From Neophaeotheca triangularis (Eukaryota), in assembly GCA_054600435.1 (NCBI GenBank), contig BAAIJX010000064.1:1-64000 (forward strand): 64,000 nt of DNA, written 5' to 3'. The notes under the pieces were generated by a model that was not told the DNA's origin, did not search any database, and saw only the letters and a program-made list of their open reading frames with translations. Each line of letters opens with the position of its first letter. The first letter of the stretch is position 1. The position numbers and the translations under genes were made by a program. Below, in pieces: positions 10,191-21,300 of this stretch.

Positions 10191-13141
10191 TCAACCGAGA
10201 TCTGACAGCGAACGTCTTCGCCGCGCCCAAGACAAATCCTTCTCTCGGTCAATCCTACATTCTGACTGCGATCGCACAAAAGATACGGCATGTTCTTCGA
10301 CAGAGCTGCTTTCTTGCCAAAGCCGATACCTTACCATTGAGTCTGGGGACCGAGGGTGGGGTTCCGGGTACAGTGCCAGATTTGATGGACGGCTGCCAAA
10401 TAACTCCCAAGACTGCTCGCATATCACCATCTCTTCCTCCATGAGCACGAGATATCGTCGCTCGCAATCATTCTCTATGAAAATCCCATTGAAGACCTCT
10501 CCGAGTAGGCACAAGACAAATCTTATCAAGAGCTCATGCTCTCTGACAATCAAATCATGCTGATCTCTCCGGCGCTCAACGCCGACAAGAAAAGCACTTA
10601 TGGTCTCGCTGAGGTCGATGCGGTTTCGGCGATAGGTAGCCATTTGCTCGGGGTGATCTTCAGCCCACAATTCTGCCAACTCCAGCACACCTTGCTGGAT
10701 CTTAGCAGTATGACTTTTGATGAGCACAGCTAACATGAAGTTGACAGGTATCACAATGTCGTATGAACGGTACAATGCGTATTCTGGGGCATGTGCCATA
10801 TAGAACTCGTCTTCCTTGAAGTGAAGGGCTGCTACCCGCGTGGCTTCGTATAGTATCTTCGTCGTCCAGCGTGAAACCACAGGTAAACGTGATTCTTTTG
10901 TTTCCAAACGCTCAATCTCGTTAAAAAAAACGCCAATTGTCGTGGCTGGAATATGTGACTTCATTTTGGAGTTGCACATCTTCAGAAACCACAGGCTGCC
11001 GAGCAAGATTGCCGGTTCAGCGTCAAAACAATCGCCGGCGCTTATCTGTAGAGCTGCTCTTTTTTCTTCCAGCCAGTCTAACATGCTGCGATGCGACAAC
11101 TGGACCGAGAATTCGTAATGAATGTCCAAGGTTGCCCCGACAGAGTTTTCCAGCACCTCCTTTGAAGAAGGTGTGCCATGGACTGAGACGAGATCCGTGC
11201 CGTATGCAATGGCCTTGTCTTCCAAGGCCAGGATGTCGTTGAACAAGACATCGGAATCCCTCTCTTCCGCATCCATATCGAGAATTTCAAGCGGTTGCTC
11301 GAAATCTAGCACTGCGACAGATAGCCCTAGTATACGACCCACTCCTTCAAGACACATGAGAAGCAATCTCGCGCTTTTCTTGCGGTGGAACGAATCGAGC
11401 CCGTCTAACATGCGAGTGAAATAGTCACTGAGTTCGCTTGGGATGTGTTCCAATCGCATTTCGAGATCGTGGTAGGTATCTTTGCTGCGCAACCCTCTTT
11501 GCAACTCACGAACGACTAGGAACACCCAAAGAAAGACCCCGTCGGCCTTGCGGACGATTTTTTGCTGCAGATTTTTGAATCCCGCCACATCTGCCTTCGC
11601 TTGCCCCCGGATCCGTGTCCCTTGAAACTTGCCTGCAACGTACTTGTTGATGTCAGATGCGGTGTGCTTGTGCAAGACGCAGTTGTAGTTCCCTGTCTGC
11701 GCTATCGCATCTTTGAAGTCTAGCCAAGGTCTGCTGGTCACGCAGACTTTGATGCTTCCGGACGATGCGAAACGTTGTACAACGCTCACAATATGATCGT
11801 GGTCGCCGCCGTACTCATCCAGACCATCGATGAAGAAACAGAACTTGAACGCCTCACCGTGGTGTTGGAGATCGAGTTGCCCGAGACGTTCAAGACAGTC
11901 TGCCATTTCTTGCTGCCTCCAGACCTTTGATTGCACTCGCGCACCCCATCGAGAGGGGCAAACTCTCTCAATCAAACTTGGACATTGGCGGAAGATGCTG
12001 TGAAGAAGGGTTCTCAAGAGACCTTCTTGCGACTTCTGCTTGGTGTCTCCTGTAGCCCAAAAGTAGTGACTTCCGATCACCAGATTCGCATGTCCCGCTC
12101 AACGCTGCAGAGTCTTCGCCGTGCGTTCATGATTGACGATAAAGTTCATGAGAGTTGACTTTCCGCATCCAGCTTTTCCCGTAATCCAGAAGATACCTTG
12201 ACCTTCTTCGAGCCACTCCCGGAAAAAGCAATGAGGCCTTCGTGAGTATATGGACTCATCTGCTGTGAAGTTTTTATTACCTCTTCTGTGTTTGTAGAAT
12301 ATCCTTTCGAAGGTCTTGTCGTGGGCGTCCTTGATGGCCTCCTGCCGTTGAACCATGGACTCGAATTCGAGACTCAGTAGAATGCCCTGCTGGATGCTGG
12401 CTACATGGCTTTGTTCGCTCAGCTGCTCTAGTTTACGGCATATTTCCAAGCATTCAGTCGTGTCTAAGGCTGCTTGCGTAGCCGACCCAGCAGTAACAGG
12501 CGGAGTGTCCTGTTGGGTGTTCAGCTTCAGAGCCTCTAGACGAGTGACGATGTCACTTTCAATGGATTTCAGAGCTGTGGTAGTCGACGCGTGCGACAGC
12601 TTGTTCTGCTCCTCGAGTTTTCGAATGGCGGTGTTGACGCTTGAACCGTCGACCCTGTTTCCGATGAGTGACCTCCACATGATGTTCCCGGACTGTAGAC
12701 TCACCTGAGTGCAAGCAACAGCGCCAGCATCAGCTATTGCTGCAAAGCATGGAGATTGGCACTCTCCCTCTCGATGCGGTCTTTCGCTTTGAGAGCTTCG
12801 CGTGACTTCTTAAGCGCCTGGAATATGCCGCCATCTTTCGGCATCGCCAATCCTTGCAAAAGACTGCAAAATCTCGTCGCGGCATCACGACAAGCTTCTG
12901 CGTGATCGCGCAAGGCCAGCTCTTCTTTGGACCATGGTAAGCCTGAGGGTAATCTCAAGGCGGGTAACGCTCCATCGACTTGTTTCTGCAGTCGCTCAGC
13001 TTTTTCTTTGAACTGTTGATTGATGATGAGGGCCCCTTTGCTACTGTTGCGGATCTCACACGCGGAACGGGCAAGCTGGACCACAGGAACCAGAAAACTG
13101 AGCGCCGCTGAGGCTACGCCTATCGCTGCAACGGCTTCCAT
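10191..13141 (-). pseudogene. NACHT-domain (NLR-like STAND) gene with two in-frame stops; intron 12655-12704
   Basis: Helical N-terminal domain MEAVAAIGVAS..., Walker A GKAGCGKS, Walker B FFIDGLDE, TSRP and ADGVFLWV motifs; TAG at 12734-12736 and TGA at 12099-12101 with no frameshift. Confidence 0.85.
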
Positions 13142-13832
13142 GGTGGTATGGCGGGCAGTCTCGTCGAGATAGCGGGATAACGGGTCGAGAAGAAGTAGGC
13201 AAGGAGGAACTCTTTACGCCGTGGGCTGGCTGACCTCGCAAGGCAGGGCGGAAGCACTTTGTATGTATAGGGGAAGGTACTTACATCCAATCATTTGAGA
13301 GGCTAGACCTACCATACGCATGCCCTTTATGCACGTATTCGCTGGCACGAAGCGGAGCAGCTGGCTGGTGTAGAAGTATCCAAGTACTCTGTTCACCGGT
13401 GAGACTGTCAAGGTGGTAGAGAGGCATGAGAGGTAAGGTAAGGTAGAAAGCGGAGAGCCTGCAGGCGCCGCCATTGGCGCACCTCAATCTGCACGTGGGG
13501 AGCACAGCTGGCTTGTGCGGTTCTATAGGCGTGGATCGGTTGTTAATAGGAGAGAACTGTCTACCGAGCTGTGCGACGGAAGGTGAATCCGTCCAGCCTT
13601 GGTCGAGACGGGGAAATTCATGCCTGAGGCATCCATGAACGCACACTTGGCAGTAGCAGCTATCACTACTAGGCAATCAAAACATCCAGGGCTGCTACAA
13701 GATACCTTGCCTCGTTGTGACTCCCGTCTTAATCTACCCCCTTTTTTTGGTCTCTTAACCGCCTAGACGTCAATTATCTCGATGACAGTCTGAATTGGTC
13801 GGTGCCGTTTTGATCAAGTCAGATCGCTCACC

Positions 13833-15400
13833 ATGCTGCTTCAGCTGCCAGAAGAGCTTCCCATCGAGGTTCTACGTCATCTGAGGCCATTTAACTACGA
13901 CCCTTCGGCGGAGTCGCAAAAAGAGAATGATCTGACAGCGCTGTGTAATTTGATCCTAGCATTTGGAAGCTTGGAAACACTGGTCAAATCGATTCTGTAC
14001 TCCAGCGGCCAGCCTCACAACAACGATAGCCCCTTCTCGAGAGTGCGTAAACTTCTGCGGACCTTGCTCGAGCGCCCGGAGTTGAGCAAACGCGTCCAAG
14101 CGATCCATACGAATACGCAGCACAAGGTCGCAACACAGCTCAGTGTCTCTTGGGGACAGGGTCAGATTTAAGTCACGCCATTTTGAGCATTTACGCCGAC
14201 TTTCACTACCCGAGAGCTTCACACAGGGTTCGCGTTATGGCTTAAGAAGCAGGGCTCACCCCGTTCATGCTCAGCAAATCATTGATGAGAGGTTTACTGT
14301 CGAGGGAGCTACTACGATAGAGCGCCACTTACCGGAAGCATGGATTTGTGAAGTCGAAGCGTATGATCGCGATCACGTCGATTTACATGGCCGATCACTT
14401 AGCCTCTAGAAGCGAGCAAGTCCACTCAACACTGCATTTACGGGGGAGTCTCAAGATCCCGCCACAACAAGGACCGACGGCGGATTCATCTCCAGACCGC
14501 GAGACATCCTCCTCACGAAGCCCAAATTGCGACGTGACCGTGACTTCCGAATCTCGCGATGGCATAATGCGGCTGCCTCTACTCGAAGAACTCAGAACCG
14601 GTGAGCGAGGGGTTCCGGGTTCGCATCTTAAACTTCTCGACCTTAAAAAACTCCACCTTTACGTATTCGCACTCGTCGACCACAACCTTTCCACATACGG
14701 CAGTACGTCCCACACATTGCCTTGTTGAAATCAATGCCAGCTTTATCTTATCACCCCACGTGACGCACAAAAAAGAGGAAGAGGAAGAGCGTAGAGCTTA
14801 GGCTTGAGGTCTAAGGACGAATGGGTACAAATTCTTCCAGCCTCTTCGAACGACTTTTGTAGATCTTCCTCGTCCTCGCAGCTACAGAATTGTACGGTCG
14901 ACGAAGGTAACTAACAAGGCCTAGTACATCAAGCTCGACGTTCATGCCACTCTCTGTTTTTCATTTGTCCGGAATCTTATCCTCAAGCTCACTGAGCTTT
15001 CTTTCGGTACTCGATTGATCAATGAGTAGCCCCGTGAATCCGCACATGACCACAAATAGGATGTTCTTGGCGAGCCAGCTAGATGTTTGTGGAGCCAGTA
15101 ACTTTATGGGCTGCCTGAAACTCAATAACTCCGGATTGTCCCCAGAGTCATTGAAAGTAGAACGTCGAATGCCAATCAGCACTATTGTTTGGCAGATTCA
15201 ACAGCGCAGTGCTTTCGCAGCGACTCGCGACTGTTTCATAGCGACCGAAAGCCAGCCCAAGATCCGACCGCGGTACGTAGCGCCATGGCATTGAGCTTCC
15301 AGCATTCTCAAAGCTCACACTTTCGATAATTTGACATTTGAGGGGATCGAAGCATTTCCCCAACCAGCGCACGGGACGCGTATCAGGCGAGGCTCACCAG
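13833..15400 (+). pseudogene. Degenerate F-box-like gene relic
   Basis: N-terminal LLQLPEELPIEVLRHL...DLTALC and LLRTLLERPEL resemble fungal F-box-like proteins; downstream frames are broken and the 3' end is uncertain. Confidence 0.45.
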
Positions 15401-16443
15401 ACGAAATGATAAAGCCGCCTTGGTAGTCAATGCGATCTTTTCCGTGTCTTCTTCCATGGTTAGGGGAGAGGTGAAGTCTACCTACCTAAGAAACTAGGTT
15501 GCAGACCTATTCGGGAACTCAATTTTTTGGGTTCTCGGCACCAGAATAGTGGTACCTGATGATCCGTAAGGCTGATGGCTGGAAGCTTCTCCAAATGTTA
15601 GTGTGGGGTATCCATCCCAAATGCTACCTTACCTTACCCCATCGATGCTGCTAACAAAACTGCTATTTCTCTAAGCCTTACTACCGCGACGATTATCGCG
15701 ATTCGTCTGAATGATAAGGTAGAGAGCCTACGTATCGCATTGCACTTCACACAGGTAAGGTTGCTTTCTCAAGACTGTCATTTCACTAGCCGTCGTTACG
15801 ATTACTCACTGATCAGCGCCCGATAATGCTGAAGAAGCTAAGCTCGTACACTTCTTCCACTACCTTACCGAACCACTCTTCAAGTTTGGTAGCTTTCTAT
15901 TGCATTGCAGGAACCAAACTCAAAACTATTCAGCTAATGCTCGTAATAGCTAAAGGATCTACACGTAGGCCAGAAGGTTCGTTTTAGCGATGCGCCTCTT
16001 GGCTGAAACGAAGGGGGCGTTTTTCGGGCTGCCGAATCACAATAACACTGAACTCTGCTATCGATAGTCTACATGCCGATTCGATGTTGCCCAGTACAAT
16101 CGGGCAAGACTTCGCAAGTGATCCGAATCAACCTGGCTTGGGACGACCTAATAACGCCCCAGACGATGATGTCGACCCAAAGGAGGTCATTTCTCCCCAT
16201 TGAGGCGGCGAGCTACTGTGCCTTGGTATTGAACTCTGCCCGCGATGGACTCTGCGCTTCCTTGGCTGTTTTTCTGAATGATCGACCGGGAAGACGTATA
16301 AGAAAGACCAACATCTCCCCATTGAAGAACCATCGCAAGCACATCAGCACCAGCATCTCAATCACTCCAGTCTCCAACCCCTCCACTTCACACTCGCTAC
16401 CAACCAACCAACTCAGACAATCGTCTCATCACTCAACATCAAC

Positions 16444-17103
16444 ATGAAGGTCTCCATGGTCGTTACCGCCTTGATGGCCGCTGGCGTTTTCGCCGCTCCC
16501 GAGCTCGAGACGAGGACGAACAAGTGCCCCAAGTACCAGGACAAGCTCGCCGAGTGCAGGAAGGAAGAAGTGCAGTGGATCAAGGAGTACAACCAATGCC
16601 AGGCCGGTGAGTAGCGTTTGATCCGAAAACGTATCCCACTTTCACATCGCCGTCTGACTCTCTGAACCCAGACATCCGCAAGCAGCAGGAGCAGTATGAT
16701 GCCTGCAGCCGGGACGAAAGCTCGTACCTCAAGGACTACCAGTCCTGCAAGGTCGAGCTCTCCGGGCTCAAGAACAACTACGACTCTTGCAGGAAGGGAG
16801 ACAGCAAGCACCAGAAGAGGAACAGCAAGAACAAGTGCCCGAACGAGAAGTCCCTGTACGACCGCAAGGACGATGAGTGCGATGACAAGGATGTAAGTTC
16901 CACCATCGACGCTGCGCCCGACTGCTGGGCCTTTATCTTTTCGACGCTAACACTCGGTTCTCTAGGACAAGCACGGTGACAAGTCCAAGGAGTGCAAGAA
17001 GTTGGGCAAGAGCCTGGACAAGGCGAACAAGAAGTGCGAGAAGAAGTTGGACGACTGCGACAAGTACGAGGAGAAGGTCAACAAGTACTGCGGCAGGAAG
17101 TAG
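16444..17103 (+). CDS. Small secreted cysteine-rich protein, 173 aa, 12 Cys (exons 16444-16606, 16672-16892, 16966-17103)
   Basis: Signal peptide MKVSMVVTALMAAGVFA; introns GTGAGT..CTGAC..CAG and GTAAGT..CTAAC..TAG give an uninterrupted frame; strongly C/G-ending codons. Confidence 0.9.
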
Positions 17104-17776
17104 ATACTGGAACATTAGTCGATTTGGACTTCCATTGACTGGCTGATGATGGGCGCTGGAAAATGGGTGACCGAGAGATGGGGTAGTTGGCGACGGTTTC
17201 GATTCTGTCCTTTCCGGTTCAACGGTAAATGTAGTAATGTAGCAATGGTATACGGAACAATCTACGCTTGGCTCATTGCACCGCGTGCTCCCAAGCTACT
17301 TCCATATTATTCGGCTGGGTGGAGCGCCTTGAGGTAGCATCTGAGCTCACGAGTGTGCAGGCTCAGATTCCAAAGCCGAGCGTTGTAGGTGGATCTATGG
17401 GAGTGAGTATGGTTTTGGCTGTTTGCGCGGGGATGAAGACGAGATTTGAGGCTGAGGGTAATTTAGCACGGAGAGATAGAGAAGAACAACGGTAGATACA
17501 TAGCTTCTATACAACGGCCGAATGATGGCAACGAAGACAGATTCATCCCTGCAATTCCGTGCACAAGCTCTAGGGAACCCATGGATTAAAAGCAATGAAT
17601 AGAGGAAATGGCTTGGAGGCAGAAAAAACAGCTTGAGACTAGCTGAACCTACACCTTGCAGACCACTTAACGTTCAGCTGGGATGCCTAAGCACCTCAAT
17701 TTGCCCACAACCAGCTCATGCAACCTCATGCGCCACCTCTGCCAATTCCCTTTCCCAGCATCTTGCACAAAACCCT

Positions 17777-18349
17777 TTACTTTTTGGTCCGCTTCTTCCC
17801 CTTCGATCTCTCTTCGCGCGCTTTCGACCAGACCGTCTTCATAGGCGGAGCCTTACGGTTAGGCGTCGGCGACCCAGCACCCACTGTCAGGAGAGAAAGT
17901 GACACGTCAGTAAGAAAGCTCGTCGACGCAGTCAGGTATGAAACAAATCTCCATTCCGACGTCTGCTCCAGCGTCCCACCACCTCACAACTTACGATCAG
18001 CCGCTTGACTCTTAGCAGGATCATTGATGAAAGCTTGCCAGGTCTGTTGCCTCTCCTCCAAACCCTTAGTCCAAGCCTGTTTTTTGGAGTGTTTAAAAGA
18101 CGCAGCAGGGGGAGTAGGGGCCTCGATCTCCTCCACAGCAGCAGCAGCAGCAGCAGCAACAGAAACACCTTGCTCGACAAAGTCCTCCGGGCGCGGGGCA
18201 CGCAAGCCACCAATCCCCTCAGTGATAGCGTCGAAAGCAGCGTCCCTAGCCTCGGCGGTATTGCCGAAACCATAAATGTCCAAGCCTTGCGCCTTGCGAG
18301 CGAGAGCGGTATCGATATCGTCAGTAGCCAAAGATTTCCAGGGCTTCTT
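17777..18349 (-). other. Candidate spliced C-terminal extension in frame with MSN5 (18349-17995, 17883-17777)
   Basis: Open frame starts at the codon right after the MSN5 TAG; canonical intron 17884-17994; 153 aa. Confidence 0.55.
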
Positions 18350-21300
18350 CTAAGAGCCGAAGAGATCGGCGATGCCTTCGAGAGTGGACTCGTCGCCTTT
18401 GTTAATGGTGGCGGCGGTTGGATCTTGGTCCATTTGCATAAACTGAGCCATCATACCGGAGCGGGCGGCTTTGGAGGAGCGGACAGGAGTTTTGGCCACG
18501 GAGCCGGATTCGTAGATGCTGAGGCCGCGGACGGCTTCAAGAAGGCTGAGCACGATGGCACGTTGTTGGCGCTCGCTGGCCGTTTTGCGGAGCTTGTTGA
18601 GGGCGTCGGTGACGGCCGAGACGCTCATGTTGGGCAGAGACATGAGGATGCGAGCGGGTGTTTCGGTCTTGTCGAAGTAGATGACGAGCATGTTCGCAAT
18701 GACGGTGGCAAGGTCGCGCTGGATGTCATGGAAGTAGGGGTCATGGATGGAAGTGATGCAAGCTTTGAGTACTTCCGTGCAGATAAATTCGCGGACCTGG
18801 GGGGCCGGGGGTGCGTCGTCTTTAAAGGTCGGGATGAGATCGCGGAAAACTTTGGTCACCGTGGTGCAGCAGCGAGTGTCGCGCATTTGGAGAGCGTGGG
18901 TGCAGAACATCATCATTGGTTCGAGGATGGCCGGGTCGGAAAGCACCATGGCGCGAATGGGTGATGGGGGAGGCCCGTTGGCGTGGGCGCCGCTGCCTGG
19001 TTGCTTGCCAAAAGCTAACAAAAAGGGAACGAACGATGTCATGGAAAAGGTCAACTGACGCAGCGTGCTCTCCGTGCGCATCTCATCGGTGAGTTCGTCG
19101 CCCTCGGCTTCACGCTCACCAGCCTCGCGGATAGTATCCCATTCAGCGGTGATCTTGGCATCGAGCTTCGTGAACAGCGCTTTGAGGACCGGCGGCAGAA
19201 AGTGATGAACGTGATGAGGCGGGCAACGACGCACCAGTCCAGTAGTGAGGTTGATGAGATTCTGCAGATGGTTTGTGGAGAGGGCGTGAGCGTCTTCGAA
19301 CAACGCATCAGCCAAGGCGGCGCCAAAGTTCGGCACACCAAAGAACTGCTCCTCAAACGTCGCCATCATGTAAAGCATATGATAAGCATGCTCGCGCACG
19401 TTCCGCGTGGCGCCACGGACTGTCGAAGCAAAACCTTCATACGAGTCCTTGCTCCCAGCCACACGAGCCAAGAAAGCCTCCTTGCTCTCGCTAGTGATGC
19501 CCGACTGCCAGAAGCGATCTTGAAGCGTGCGCTTGAGGACCACTTGCAAGTTGTCAGGGAGAGATTTCCAGCTCCACATGTTGTTGAATGCAGTAGCCTG
19601 CTTGATCATACCAAGCAAGTTCGGCAACATGGCAGGGATAACTTCAGCCCAGAGAGCACAAGCAATCTCGAGCTCTTTGCTGCCTTCTTTCGTCCTTTCA
19701 GTGGAAGCAGCCAAGAGTGACTTGGTGGCGCGCAGGGGTAGCGAAGCGATTCTGTCATTGATGGACTTTTGCTTGGCTTTTCCTGCATCGTTGAGGATCT
19801 GATTGTGCCAATCTTGCACTTGATCAAAGCCGTGCTCGCTGTAGAACTGGGGCAAATCACCGAGATCCAAAGCTTGGCGAAAGGATTCGAAGTCGGACAG
19901 AGCTGAGCTAAGATTTGGATCCTGCCAGGCCTCGTAGACGGGTCGAAGTATATCTTGGAGACGTTGGAGACGCACGTCTTTGGCAATTCCTGCGGCGCGA
20001 TGGATGATGATGAAGAGAAAAGCCCTGTAGCTCCAGATGATCTTAGCATCCTCGCTTAGCTCTTGAACTAGCGTCGCGACCTTCAACTCCAGCTCTCCAT
20101 AGACGTCCAGCAGCGGAGTTGAGAAGATCAACGCCAGCTTCTGCAGCTCCAAGACCCTCAAGTGCTCGAACCCCTTGACAGCTTCCATGTACTTGGCGTG
20201 GGATGGATCGTTGTGCAGTCTTTTCGTAAGAATGTACTGTACGACGTGCAGGACAAACTCATTTTCTGGATTGTGGACAGTCCTGATGATAGCGACCAAA
20301 GTAGCGAGCGTGTGCTGAGCGACTTCCGGATCGTCAATCTGCATGTTACAAATCTCCATAGTCCATTGCTGAAGGTATTGCACGGCAGCAGCTTGAGCCT
20401 TTTCGGCGCTAACAACTTCGACCTGCTCGTCAGCGCTGAGTGCTCCGGAATCCCTCAGCCAGCGTGAATAGCCTTTGAGAGCGGCGGCAACAACGCTGGC
20501 TTGCGCGTCGAGCTGAAGGACAGAAAGCTGAACAGGACTGTACGAGACAGGATCAAAGCCGCGGTCCGTTCCGTACGGTCCCTGTGCAAGCATGCTCTTC
20601 ATCTGCCCAAGCGTAAATTCCAAAGCTTGCACGGGGCGAGAAAGAGAGAGAGTTTCGATGACAGACATGCAGAACCTTCTGTAGTTGCCGATGAAAGCAT
20701 GGCGCTCTGGCGCTTGATCGAAATCTTCATACAGATGCTGGAGAGTCTCATCGTCGGAGTCCTCAGGTAAGACCTCATACCTCAGCAGTCGCTCGCTTGA
20801 AGTCTGAAGGAGAGATCCAAGGTATCCGGCGACGATCTCGACGAGTTTAGGGTTTTGGCATGCGAGCACTTTGGTCCAGCTGTGCAAGACAGGGATGGAG
20901 ACCGTCAAGCTTTTGCTCTGGAGTACCTTTGCCATGAGGTTGAAGAAAGGCCCAACAGGAATCTCGCTATAGATGAGTCTAGGATGAGCGGCAATGCACT
21001 CAGCTAGCATGGAGAGTGCTTCGGACATCTTGGACTGAAGCGTGTACTTGTCGTCGTCGCCACCAGGCGCCGAGTAGGTAATGTCGTACATCGCGTCAAT
21101 CATTTCGACCAAGTTGCTTTGAAAAGTGATGACGACAATATCCTGAGTTGAGCCTTGCAGAGTATCTTCGATGGTAGTGCGAGAGAGAAAGGCAAGCATG
21201 ACTTCTACGACAGCGAGACAAATCTTCACGTCTTTCAGAGAGAACGCTGCGGCCAGTGCCTTGATAGTGTCAGCCTCCAGTACCGACCTGAAATTGATCC

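Noticed and set aside
18350..18456. Alternative intron GTATGA...CTCTTAG using the MSN5 stop as acceptor
   Set aside because: The phase-1 junction gives only EEALEIFGY* and does not enter the long extension frame; the branch site is weak
18005..18964. 319-aa plus-strand ORF spanning the MSN5 stop
   Set aside because: Antisense shadow of MSN5 and its in-frame extension, with a non-ATG start
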